Source: Candidatus Brocadia pituitae (GTDB lineage Bacteria; Planctomycetota; Brocadiia; Brocadiales; Brocadiaceae). From it: DNA of 64,000 nt. The notes below the pieces were generated by a model. It was given only the letters and a program-made list of their open reading frames with translations, was not told where the DNA came from and did not search any database. The position numbers and the translations under genes were made by a program. The stretch spans positions 750,613-814,612 of the forward strand of contig AP021856.1 in the NCBI GenBank assembly GCA_017347445.1, in the 5' to 3' direction. Below are positions 1 to 9,574 of the stretch, piece after piece (positions within the stretch are counted from its first letter, which is position 1; each line of letters begins with the position of its first letter).

Positions 1-863
1 CAGTATCCTACGGTAAACGCAAGACCTTCTCCGCTGCAAATCAACTTTCTTACGGCAAGAATAATTAAGAAGGGCACCCACCAGAGTCCAAAAGACCAAA
101 AAAACAGGGAAACCCCTTTTAAAAACGGGAGGAGGTCAGTCAAAGTGCCCCCTACTGTTTGTATATGCTGGTGCAATACGGCACCCGTAATTGCCGTTAC
201 GGCTGCTGCCCCAATATTCATCCAATAAGGCGAGAGAAGGGTGTTGCTATCAAACTGGTAAAACATCAGTCTTAGGATAAGCAATGCCATAAATATCAGA
301 TACAAGCTTGCCCCTACCGACCAGAGTGCAATTGAAAATACCTGAATGAAGAGCACCTGTTTTATGGTTTGCTCTGCAACGATAATTCCCAGCAAGGCCG
401 TAGATTGAGTGCCCACTGTCGCGAAAAACCATCCCCCATGCAAGACGTCCTTAATCCTTCTGTCTTCTGATTTCTGATTTAAGAAGAGGATACTAAACGT
501 GGAAAGTGATATTATTAACCACAGGCCAATGGAAACATACCAGAATATCTGTGCCGTTGTATGGAAGTGAAACATCCTGGAAAAACAAATGCCAAGAAAG
601 CTTACGGCACCCACAATCGTGAAGAGATAAAGGGTTTTCTCCGGATTCAATATTTCCTCTAAGACGTCTTTAAAGAATAATACCGTCTGTGCTGCCTTAA
701 AAATAACCACAGAGAAGAGTATGGCTAAACTTGCAAAAAAAAAGTAAGGGACAATTACCTCATAGCCATACCACTGAGTAAGAGAAGCAATCATAATCGT
801 AGCCATAACGGCAGTAAACCAACGGGTGTCCAATGAATAAGTTGCTATCTTTAGTACGCTCAT
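1..863 (-). CDS. TDT (TehA/SLAC1, C4-dicarboxylate/tellurite-resistance) family anion channel, 3'-truncated by the window edge
   Basis: Absent from the ORF track because it has no stop in the window. Manual translation from ATG 863 gives MSVLKIATYSLDTRWFTAVMAT...LHGGWFFATVGTQS...SPYWMNIGAAAVT, collinear with the 4239..5333 paralog. Confidence 0.9.
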   Translation of the reverse strand, partial: MSVLKIATYSLDTRWFTAVMATIMIASLTQWYGYEVIVPYFFFASLAILFSVVIFKAAQTVLFFKDVLEEILNPEKTLYLFTIVGAVSFLGICFSRMFHFHTTAQIFWYVSIGLWLIISLSTFSILFLNQKSEDRRIKDVLHGGWFFATVGTQSTALLGIIVAEQTIKQVLFIQVFSIALWSVGASLYLIFMALLILRLMFYQFDSNTLLSPYWMNIGAAAVTAITGAVLHQHIQTVGGTLTDLLPFLKGVSLFFWSFGLWWVPFLIILAVRKLICSGEGLAFTVGY

Positions 864-972
864 AAATCACTCAGCATAGCTGCAAAGAAAATTCATGTTA
901 ACTGTTGAAAACTGATAAATTCGGATTTCGATGTTCAAATTTCGGATTTGACTCAGGGGGTACTCCTTCTCC

Positions 973-2175
973 CTAAGTTACCCCCACAGCTTTTTTCGTA
1001 TGCATCTTTGGTATGGTCTTTTCTTCCATAAACGAGAGACACATAAGGCACACAAGGGAAACGAAGATAAATCCTAAAGAATAATTGTTCGTATAATCCC
1101 TGAGGGTACCCAGCATAATGGGAAGAAAGAATCCACCGAGACCGCCAGCAGCGCCTACCATTCCTCCAACAGCGCCAGTATCTTTGGGAAAATACTCCGC
1201 TACCAGCTTAAATACAACGCCATTCCCGATACCCAGACAAACACCCATCAAGTAAAAGATGGTGAGTGAAGTCATTAACAACACATTCATATTCAGGAAA
1301 ATGAGTATACCGAGTATCGCTATTGAGAGGACGATTAAAATGCGTCTTCCGGGGATACGATCACCAAGATAACCCCCCAGGATGCGGGAAAAGGTTGTGG
1401 CAAACACAAATATTGATGTGAGACTACCAGCCTTTACGGGGGTTAATTTATAAAAGTCCCGGAGGTAAGAAGGCAACCATAATGAGAAGGTAACAAAGAA
1501 TCCAAAGGTCATGAAATAAAACAGGCAAAAGATCCAGATGAGGTTAGAAGACTTGTATACCTTTATTTTATCACGAAAGGTTGGAGGTTTTATGTTGACG
1601 GGTTTTGGCGCATCTGCAGAGAAAAACCAGTAGACAAAGGCCATTACGAGTAATGGTATCGCGTAGATCATAAATACCTTGTTCCAGCCGAAAGACTCCG
1701 CAAGAAAAGGCGCTCCAAATGTGGCAGCGGCAGAGCCTATATTTCCAACGCCATAAATCCCTAATGCCAACCCCTGTTTTTCTTTTGGATACCACTGTGA
1801 AACTTGTGGAATCCCGATGGCGAATGACGTCCCTATGATACCGAAAAAGAATCCACAAACCAGCAGAAACCCGTAACTGTGCGCAAAGCTTGCCATAAAC
1901 ATGGGGAAAAAGCCAAACAGAAGCAGCACACTAAAAACACGTCTGCCACCAAATTTATCCGTTAAAACGCCAATCGGTACCCTGGCTATAGAACCAAGCA
2001 GCACCGGGGTTGCCAGGAGTAATCCTACGGATGTTGAAGACAACTTAAAGTCTGCTTTCATGTAAACTGCCAGGGGGGAAAAGAGTGTCCAACCTGCAAA
2101 ACAGGTTGCAAATGCAATGGTTGCAAGCACGAGTACCCTCAGATTCCCTGTTTGTACCTGAACAGCCGGATTCAT
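973..2175 (-). CDS. narK: NarK/NNP family nitrate/nitrite MFS transporter (copy 1)
   Basis: 12-TM pattern; both signature Arg present (GSIARVP, FSRILGGYLGD); glycine-rich nitrate signatures GIYGVGNIG and GGMVGAAGGLGGF. Confidence 0.93.
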   Translation of the reverse strand: MNPAVQVQTGNLRVLVLATIAFATCFAGWTLFSPLAVYMKADFKLSSTSVGLLLATPVLLGSIARVPIGVLTDKFGGRRVFSVLLLFGFFPMFMASFAHSYGFLLVCGFFFGIIGTSFAIGIPQVSQWYPKEKQGLALGIYGVGNIGSAAATFGAPFLAESFGWNKVFMIYAIPLLVMAFVYWFFSADAPKPVNIKPPTFRDKIKVYKSSNLIWIFCLFYFMTFGFFVTFSLWLPSYLRDFYKLTPVKAGSLTSIFVFATTFSRILGGYLGDRIPGRRILIVLSIAILGILIFLNMNVLLMTSLTIFYLMGVCLGIGNGVVFKLVAEYFPKDTGAVGGMVGAAGGLGGFFLPIMLGTLRDYTNNYSLGFIFVSLVCLMCLSFMEEKTIPKMHTKKAVGVT

Positions 2176-2397
2176 AATAGTATCTCCTAAAATTTCAGTT
2201 TAAAAATTTACGTAATAATGGATGGGCATCTCATTCTTTAACTTTTTCCCAGTAACATCATCAGGTGAGGTATATTCAAAAATCTTTGCCCCAAGACTGT
2301 TGATGTGAAAAATGATTCCGTCGTAAGAAGGTTTATATTCAAACCATGCTTTGGTTTCTTTTCCGTTAATAAGAGATTCTGATTTATGAGATATTTC

Positions 2398-3816
2398 TTA
2401 TGGTTTTACTTCCCAATTTGGCACAGACTCAGACCCTTCCGGCGTTTGGTTGTCATCACTTTTTACAGTTTCACTTTCCACATTCTCAGGGGAAGTGTTT
2501 CCAGGTTTGAAAGTGGGTAACACCCCCTTAAACTTAGAAATATTATCCTTAATAAAGTCTTCGTCTCTTTGCGTCACAATCGAGCCAAAAACGCTTAATG
2601 GATTCTGCACTTTATATTTCTGCTCCCGAAGATATCCACGTTCTTTTCTCAATTCGTAACCATCGATGATGGCTATTATAAACCCCACCATAATAATGCC
2701 GGTTACACCCAGAGCTGTCTTCGTTGGCAGGGACATGCCTTTCAGCACGCATCCAGTCGAAAGCTTCCGGCAAATTAACATTGCGAGGATAAAAGCGGGA
2801 ATTATCATTGCGACCATAAGCGGTCGTATCAGCGAATTAATATTATCTACTACACCAAGAGCCTCATCGGTATCCATTTCCACAATGAGCCCCATGTTTA
2901 AGTCTTTAAGCCATGTCCACGCACCCACGACCTTTAACCCATCATAATCTCTGTATCCCTTTAAATCATAACCGGTGGTTTTCCCCGTAATGCACCGTTT
3001 CACCCCTTTTGTCAGTAAGGTTGTAGTTGGATCCGCTACTTTATGACATGTCCTGCAGATATCATCGGTATTTTTGATCTGGTCTGAGAATCTCGATTGT
3101 GTGATCATGATACCGTCTTTGTTTACGAGATAAGCTTCTCCCGTTTTTCCCCAGGCAACATTTCTCATGCCGTTATTGAGCATGGACGCATCCATCCATA
3201 ACAAAACCGCACCAATTACATCGTGATTTCCCCCCTTAATCGGATAGGAAATAAAGAGAGAAGGTGAATCATCCGCTTGGCCGCCATCCGCAGCAGTATT
3301 CAAAGAATAGTGGATCACATCAGAGATGTATGTTTTGCCGTCGTATAACGTCTCCTGCACATTCCTGAATGGCTTTTCTTTTAAAATATTCACGCCAATC
3401 AGGGATTTTTCACTTTCGGTTGTTAGGTGGATTGTTCCTGCGGCATCACAAATAAATATCCCTTTATAGCCGTAATCTGCCTTTGACAACTCTAACTGTG
3501 TTTTTAGTCTTAAATATTCATGTTCACTTCTTCCACTTGCAAGGCTTACAAAATCCTCATCACCGCGAATAAGGAATTCACTTTGAATCGTGTCGGAGAT
3601 AGCCCTGGCATGTGACGTTCTTTCGTCCCACAGTAAGACAAGCATATCTTTCTGCTTGTTTAAGAATCCCTCCAGATTTCGTTGAACACCCACCATCAGT
3701 TCTTCGCTTGCCTTTGGAAATGCAAGCATTTTAAACAAAATAAGGGGAAATAGCCCTAAAAACACAAACATGGCAACAATAAAAACCCTGCCTTCCTTAA
3801 ACATCTTATTTATCAT
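2398..3816 (-). CDS. Membrane-anchored Cache-domain protein with c-type heme motif, no recognisable output domain
   Basis: N-terminal TM, Cache-like segment (WGKTGEAYLVNKDGIMITQSRF...YRDYDGLKVVGAW), CRTCH motif, then two more hydrophobic helices and a low-complexity tail. Confidence 0.8.
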   Translation of the reverse strand: MINKMFKEGRVFIVAMFVFLGLFPLILFKMLAFPKASEELMVGVQRNLEGFLNKQKDMLVLLWDERTSHARAISDTIQSEFLIRGDEDFVSLASGRSEHEYLRLKTQLELSKADYGYKGIFICDAAGTIHLTTESEKSLIGVNILKEKPFRNVQETLYDGKTYISDVIHYSLNTAADGGQADDSPSLFISYPIKGGNHDVIGAVLLWMDASMLNNGMRNVAWGKTGEAYLVNKDGIMITQSRFSDQIKNTDDICRTCHKVADPTTTLLTKGVKRCITGKTTGYDLKGYRDYDGLKVVGAWTWLKDLNMGLIVEMDTDEALGVVDNINSLIRPLMVAMIIPAFILAMLICRKLSTGCVLKGMSLPTKTALGVTGIIMVGFIIAIIDGYELRKERGYLREQKYKVQNPLSVFGSIVTQRDEDFIKDNISKFKGVLPTFKPGNTSPENVESETVKSDDNQTPEGSESVPNWEVKP

Positions 3817-4238
3817 ATTCCACCTTTTCTCATTGAATTCTCTTATGTGAAGTAAACTATTTTATGTTTAAATGTTAAATTCGTTAATACATGCTGCGAC
3901 ATCTTCCATCTTAATCATTTTACCAATTTAACCGGAAACAGAATTCGTTTCATGGTTAATTTATAGCTAAAGATATAATTATATAATATACAATAACATA
4001 AGGCAAATAACAAAATTAAATACGTGGAAACAATTTGGTTGCAATTTGTATTAATAAGCAAATGCGAACGACTTAAAGGAATTGCAACTCAAAGAACTAA
4101 TAAAATTTTTGGAAAGATAAGATTTGAAAGGCAAAGGGTTATGCTGAAATGACGTGGGGTAATGAGGAGAATTTTACCTAGCGTGATTACGCAATCTTAA
4201 CTTCACTTCTCCATTGCCCGTTAGTTTTTGTAGACCCA

Positions 4239-5333
4239 TTAGCCCTTGGCGATATTAGTCATCTGAGGTTGAACAACATTCTCATCTTTCATTTTAGGGG
4301 TTTCTTGTGCGATAGCCGCTTTTATCATAGAGATGATCATATGAATAAAGATAAAGATCCACGCAATATAAGCCACATAGATAAAATATTTTGATATAGT
4401 AGCGATAAAGGGAATCTGGATTGCCTGAGAAAGCTTTATGGTGCATGCAGTGTACATGCCTAAAGGGAAGACCATCGCCCAATAGAGCGAACTGTATTTA
4501 AATGGGGTTTTGTGAATGACGTATTTCCATACCCCAATAATTATCAAAAATGGTAACCACCAGGTGCCGAATGACCAGAAAAACAGGGTAAGTCCTTTTG
4601 TGAAACCTAAGAGATCGGTATAGGGACATGCCACTTTCGGAATATTGAGACAAAGCGCAGAGCCTGCCAGGGTTGTGATAGCGAGGGCGCCCATGTTTAT
4701 CCAATACGGCGGTACCAATGCGTCGGGTGATATCTTAAAAAACACGAGACGATAAATGATGAGCGTAATCAAGACCATATAAAGGGATGAACCAATCATC
4801 CACCATACAAACGAGGAAAATATTACAAAGCTACCACCGGTTCCAAATTGGGGCGCAAGTATGGCGCCAAGAACTGCGACAGATTGCGTTCCTACGGTTG
4901 CAGTTAACCATCCGCCATGTAATACCATCTCAATCCTTTGCTCACAGGCAATAAAGAGAATGCTGAATGTGGATAGCGAAACAATCACCCAGAGAAAAAT
5001 ACCAAAGTACCAAAATGCCTTTGCAACTTCCGGGTGGTTAACAACGATGGCAAACTGCGATCCCAGCACATTTGTACCCGCAACGGTGGTAAAAAAGACA
5101 AGGCTTAGTCTTGGATTGGAAAGATCGGCGTAAAGGTTATTCCAAAACAGCATTACCCGGAGTATCTGTAATAATAAAACAATTGCATAGGCAACGATGT
5201 TCAGATAAAAAAGCCCGTAACTAATTCCGGTGAAACCCAGCAACTTGGCTGCAATGGAAATTATTCCGGTAGACATCACCATTGCAAAATAGGCTGGGTG
5301 AAAAGTCCTGATGGTATTATGAATAACACCCAT
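4239..5333 (-). CDS. TDT (TehA/SLAC1) family anion channel (copy 2)
   Basis: HPAYFAMVMSTG N-terminal motif, about 10 TMs, YWAMVFPLGMY gate-helix motif. Confidence 0.92.
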   Translation of the reverse strand: MGVIHNTIRTFHPAYFAMVMSTGIISIAAKLLGFTGISYGLFYLNIVAYAIVLLLQILRVMLFWNNLYADLSNPRLSLVFFTTVAGTNVLGSQFAIVVNHPEVAKAFWYFGIFLWVIVSLSTFSILFIACEQRIEMVLHGGWLTATVGTQSVAVLGAILAPQFGTGGSFVIFSSFVWWMIGSSLYMVLITLIIYRLVFFKISPDALVPPYWINMGALAITTLAGSALCLNIPKVACPYTDLLGFTKGLTLFFWSFGTWWLPFLIIIGVWKYVIHKTPFKYSSLYWAMVFPLGMYTACTIKLSQAIQIPFIATISKYFIYVAYIAWIFIFIHMIISMIKAAIAQETPKMKDENVVQPQMTNIAKG

Positions 5334-5460
5334 TTGCGTTCATCTCGCCTTGTTAAAAAGATTAAGAATATGGCACAATAATTGGCAACATTCTATCTGA
5401 TAGTAATGAAGTTTTGCAATCCTTTATTTTGTCGTGTCAAATTTTTGATTCAATGCCTAA

Positions 5461-6183
5461 CCAGGATTTCTCACCGATATGTGAGGCAAACCTCCCTATT
5501 TATGGTATAAGATGTTTGTAAGTAACAGATTATGCACAACAAGAGGAGGGATGAAGGTGAAAACAGGGTGTACCGATGCAATAGAATATCAGGAGTTAAG
5601 CGGAGGGAAGGTAATATCGGGATTTTTAAAGGAGGGCAAATAACAACAGACGCTGGTGGGTCTTTTCCTGAGAGAAATAGAACAAGCACGAGGCTTCATG
5701 AAAGAGTTTTCCAAGTGCTTTAGCGATTATCGTCAGTGGCGTATGTGTTACTCAACGAATTAAGACGGGTAGGGCTTTGTTCAACAGAATTCTCACAGGC
5801 ACAGTGCAACACAATCCGTACAAAACTGCTCAAGATTGGCGCACAGGTGAAGGTAAGCGTAAGGAGAATAGCCGTTTGTTTGTCCAGCGCTCATCCCTCT
5901 AAAGAAATCTTTCAGCTTGCGTTCCAAAACATTCGCAAAGCGTATCCCATGCTCTGCTGAGGTTAAGAAAAGGTTTACCCGTGGAGTATGATTGCTAAGC
6001 CGGAGGGGAGCGCTACGCCAAAAATATGCCTTTTTGCGGTATGTCCCGGTGATAGTATCAGTGAAATCATGAAACTATTCATTTTTATTGCAGAACAACC
6101 GAAAAATCTATCCGATAAAGCAACCTTGTAACGCATCCTGAGACCTTTTGATATCACCAATTACCCTCCGTGAAAAATGCGGT
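5461..6183 (+). mobile_element. Internally deleted, non-autonomous IS1380-family element (723 bp)
   Basis: Ends CCAGGATTTCTCAC and GTGAAAAATGCGGT (imperfect inverted repeats), flanks CTAA/CTAG. Frameshifted transposase N-terminus (FKGGQITTDAG...FSKCFSDYR) is joined to the C-terminus (AYVLLNELRR...IRTKLLKIGAQVKVSVRRI). Confidence 0.85.
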
Positions 6184-6522
6184 CTAGATTGCGATCTCAC
6201 CTGACTCATTAGTACGAACACGGTAAACGTTTTCCACATGATAAACAAATATCTTCCCATCGCCAATACTCCCCGTCTGAGATACGTTGATGATGGTATT
6301 AACGATATTATCCATATCAATATCTTTTACGGTTATTTCAAGTTTGATCTTTGACAGCAGATCAATCCGAAATCTTCTCCCTTGCCATACCTGACTTACG
6401 CCCTTTTGAGTACCATGTCCGGTAACCATGGTAACAGTCATTCCGGGATAACCCAACTCTAATAAAGCATCTTTTACGACATCAAATTTATCCGGCCTGA
6501 TTATTGCTTCTACTTTTTTCAT
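6184..6522 (-). CDS. glnB: Nitrogen regulatory PII protein (GlnB/GlnK family) with divergent T-loop
   Basis: 112 aa, aligns without gaps to the canonical PII sequence; Q39, K58, GDGKIF and RVRT conserved. Confidence 0.95.
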   Translation of the reverse strand: MKKVEAIIRPDKFDVVKDALLELGYPGMTVTMVTGHGTQKGVSQVWQGRRFRIDLLSKIKLEITVKDIDMDNIVNTIINVSQTGSIGDGKIFVYHVENVYRVRTNESGEIAI

Positions 6523-6730
6523 AATAAAGCCTCCAATCCATTGAACTTTATCCGATGTCTAATTGGTTGCACTAACAACATTAGCTATGGGGTCTATCAT
6601 CCTAATTTTCCCCTATTACTGTATTATCCATCTCCAAACGTCAAGTTTTGCCTTGCGATTATCTTTGCATCAAACATTCGTATTCATAATCTTCTCTGAT
6701 TCCATTCTGTACACATTTGTATTCTTGTCA

Positions 6731-6759
6731 TTGACATAGGATACTTCATGATGTATACT
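6731..6759 (+). promoter_or_regulatory. Sigma-70 promoter of narK copy 2
   Basis: TTGACA (6731-6736), 17 bp spacer, TATACT (6754-6759). It overlaps the track's ATG at 6748, so the true start is ATG 6814 with RBS AGGAG at 6801-6805. Confidence 0.8.
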
Positions 6760-6813
6760 ATTTCAAGTATATTATCGGTTACTTTACGAAAAGGAAATAA
6801 AGGAGAATTATTT

Positions 6814-8037
6814 ATGAATATGGATGTGTCAGCGAACGAATCGACGCAAACACCCGATGGCAATACGAGGGTAATGATACTTGCAACCGTAGCATTTGCG
6901 CTATGTTTTGCCGGTTGGACCTTGTATGCTCCATTAGCAGTATATTTTCAGGATGAATTTAAACTGTCTTCCACTATGGTGGGATTATTACTTGCTACCC
7001 CGGTATTGCTTGGGTCCCTCGCAAAAATTCCTATGGGTATACTGACAGACAAATATGGAGGAAGGCTCGTTTTTACGATTATGCTCCTGTTTGGGTTTGT
7101 CTCTCTTTTTTTTACCGGTTTTGCCCGTAGTTATAGTCTTTTGTTAGTGTGTGGACTCTTTTATGGTTTAATAGGTTCCTCCTTTGCTGTCGGAATTCCG
7201 CATGTTTCAGGATGGTATCCGAAGAAAAAGCAAGGCCTTGCATTAGGGGTTTATGGTGTGGGAAACGCGGGCACTGCACTTTCCGCATTTGGGGCGCCAC
7301 TCATCGCAGAATCAATGGGATGGGATAAGGCATTTATTTTTTATGCATTTCCGTTACTTCTTATGGCATTTATCTACTGGTTTTTCACCTCCGATGCCCC
7401 AAAACCGGCGAATGTAAAGGTTTCAACACTGGGCGACAAACTAAAACTCTTTAAATCTTCCAGACTGGCATGGATCTTTTGCCTGTTTTATTTTATGTTT
7501 TTTGGATTCTTCGTATGCTTTTCGGTATGGTTACCATCGTATTTATGTGATTTTTATAGTATTTCACCGATAAAGGCCGGCAGTTACACTTCTATATTTG
7601 TATTTCTTTCAGCTTTTACCAGAATTTTAGGCGGTTATCTGGGTGATAAATTCAATGGAAGAAAAATAATGATACTCCTTACCGTAGTTGTACTTGTCGT
7701 AGTGGTGTTTCTCAATTTAAACTTGACACTAGCAACCTCACTCATGGTGTTTTATGTTATGGGAACTTGTCTTGGTATTGGCAATGGTGTCGTTTATAAA
7801 CTCGTGGCAGAATACTTTCCGAAAGACACGGGGGCTGTGGGCGGCCTGGTTGGTGCAGCAGGCGGTCTTGGAGGGTTCTTTCTTCCTATAATTTTAGGCA
7901 CGATTAAGGATTATACCGACAATTATTCCCTCGGATTTATCTTTGTTTCCCTCGTCTGCCTTATGTGTCTTTCGTTTATGGAGGAAAATACCTTGGCGAG
8001 CACAAACCAAAAAGTGGCAAATCCAATGCAGGCATGA
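6814..8037 (+). CDS. narK: NarK/NNP family nitrate/nitrite MFS transporter (copy 2)
   Basis: Close paralog of 973..2175; start reassigned from promoter and RBS; first signature Arg is Lys (GSLAKIP). Confidence 0.93.
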   Translation: MNMDVSANESTQTPDGNTRVMILATVAFALCFAGWTLYAPLAVYFQDEFKLSSTMVGLLLATPVLLGSLAKIPMGILTDKYGGRLVFTIMLLFGFVSLFFTGFARSYSLLLVCGLFYGLIGSSFAVGIPHVSGWYPKKKQGLALGVYGVGNAGTALSAFGAPLIAESMGWDKAFIFYAFPLLLMAFIYWFFTSDAPKPANVKVSTLGDKLKLFKSSRLAWIFCLFYFMFFGFFVCFSVWLPSYLCDFYSISPIKAGSYTSIFVFLSAFTRILGGYLGDKFNGRKIMILLTVVVLVVVVFLNLNLTLATSLMVFYVMGTCLGIGNGVVYKLVAEYFPKDTGAVGGLVGAAGGLGGFFLPIILGTIKDYTDNYSLGFIFVSLVCLMCLSFMEENTLASTNQKVANPMQA

Positions 8038-8698
8038 GATGAAGAAGGAAGAGTTTAACGTGCATCAGAGTGATGACGGGAGTTGGACTGCATTCGAGCC
8101 GTCTGGTATAAGACGGCTCGAACCAAAGTTTATCTATAGTGTGCGTCTTATATAAGTATACATGAAAATACCCATTGCGAACAGAGCAAAGCATTCCCTG
8201 TCTTAGAAGTTGCTTTGCTCTGATCGCATGCTGCTTTTTTTGTTGTTTACTATAATTTCGAATGGGCTTCCGCATGCGAGAGTTCAAATCAGGAGATGTG
8301 CTTACATGATGCAAGTTTGTTTCTTTAATTCTAAAGACATTTATCCTCCTGCAGGTTCAGGATGAAAACGAGATACGTACAAAACCGATCTTGGTTAGCC
8401 TTTTGCGCGGGATTTGTTGAACGCTTGTCAGACTATAATGGGCGGAGAACAAACTCTTGCTATGTCAGGGTAGGGCATCTTTGCTGCTTGGATGTTAAAA
8501 AATTTTTAAACTGACAATTCATATACAACAAATTATTTATTAATAATAAAATTAGAATATCTCTTTCTGATGGTGAATGAAATGGGGTAAAAAACAGGAT
8601 TTTTCGTAACAGTTTAGTTTTTTGAAAAAATAGGGAAATTTGAACCTACGCAGAACCATTCGTGGACGTTTTGAATAATAGGGGGTTGCCTGAGTCTC

Positions 8699-8822
8699 TA
8701 GTAAACGCATTAATTAAATTGACATGTGCTGGTCATTATGCGAGTACCTTCGCTTTGCTCAGTGTAAACTCCGCGAAGCAATCCCCCGATAAAGATTGCT
8801 TCTGGCTAAGCACCCTCATAAC
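8699..8822 (+). repeat. Palindromic REP/MITE-like element, family A (degenerate copy)
   Basis: Shares TAGTAAACG..TTAA..TGACATGTGCTGGTCATT..GCGAAGCAATC..AGATTGCTTC with 33215-33316. Confidence 0.75.
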
Positions 8823-8851
8823 AACAACTTTCTTTAAGCGTTTACGATAAT

Positions 8852-9574
8852 GTGGCAAATTATATGAATAAAAAAACATTGACACTATCTGCTTCAAAAG
8901 ATTTAAAATTAGGTGCATTGTTAACATTCATCGGAGTTAATCTTCGGTTTGTCGTAGGAAACATAATTCACGGCCTTATCTATTTTAATTTTCTTCAGTC
9001 TGGCAATCATGAACATAGGTATGAAGTGCACGTACCAAATCTGCCAGATATGTGCGGAGATATAGCAATAATGATGGTTTTTGCCTCCGCATATTTTTTC
9101 ATTACAGCCGGTTCTGTAAAGAAACGAAGAAACGGTAGTGCTGATAATTTTCCCCTGACGAATGCTCAAGATTTACCGCCCGTTGGAGAATCAATGTCTT
9201 GGGTAAAATCCCTCTTTTTTATAAGCATCATCGGTTTTGGTTTGTATTTTTTTTCAAAATATTTTTTTTCTATAGAACTAGAGACATTTTTTGAAGAAGA
9301 TGAGGAATCTGGCATCTCATTTATTTTGCATATTACAAACTACTTGGTCAGGTTATGTTCAGTTTTTGCTTTTGTTACCGTTTATTGCAGATATCTGTCA
9401 TTGAAAAGAACCACGACATTACTACTTTATGTTTTCTTTTTTACACGGTTCCTTTTTGCAACCAATATGCTCGAATTTGTCCATACCTATGATTTATATA
9501 TCGGTGCTTCTATTTTGGATTTTTTAACGCCCATTTTGATTGTTTATTCCATGATCAGTCTATTTATAATCTGA
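8852..9574 (+). CDS. Hypothetical multi-pass membrane protein
   Basis: 240-aa ORF with several hydrophobic segments; no family recognised; start uncertain. Confidence 0.5.
   Translation: MANYMNKKTLTLSASKDLKLGALLTFIGVNLRFVVGNIIHGLIYFNFLQSGNHEHRYEVHVPNLPDMCGDIAIMMVFASAYFFITAGSVKKRRNGSADNFPLTNAQDLPPVGESMSWVKSLFFISIIGFGLYFFSKYFFSIELETFFEEDEESGISFILHITNYLVRLCSVFAFVTVYCRYLSLKRTTTLLLYVFFFTRFLFATNMLEFVHTYDLYIGASILDFLTPILIVYSMISLFII

Noticed and set aside
250-432. 60-aa ORF in the track
   Set aside because: Out-of-frame shadow of the real TDT gene (1..863).
5370-5387. TGGCACAATAATTGGCA as a sigma-54 or NtrC site
   Set aside because: -12 element is GG, not GC, and it faces away from the TDT gene; the NtrC match is weak.
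6748-6813. N-terminal extension of narK2 given by the track
   Set aside because: Overlaps the -35/-10 promoter; the RBS supports ATG 6814.
7976-8340. Strong AGGAGG RBS + ATG at 8340 (minus) and the 112-aa ORF
   Set aside because: The RBS-linked frame stops after 12 codons and has more stops after that; no recognisable family; at most a decayed gene.
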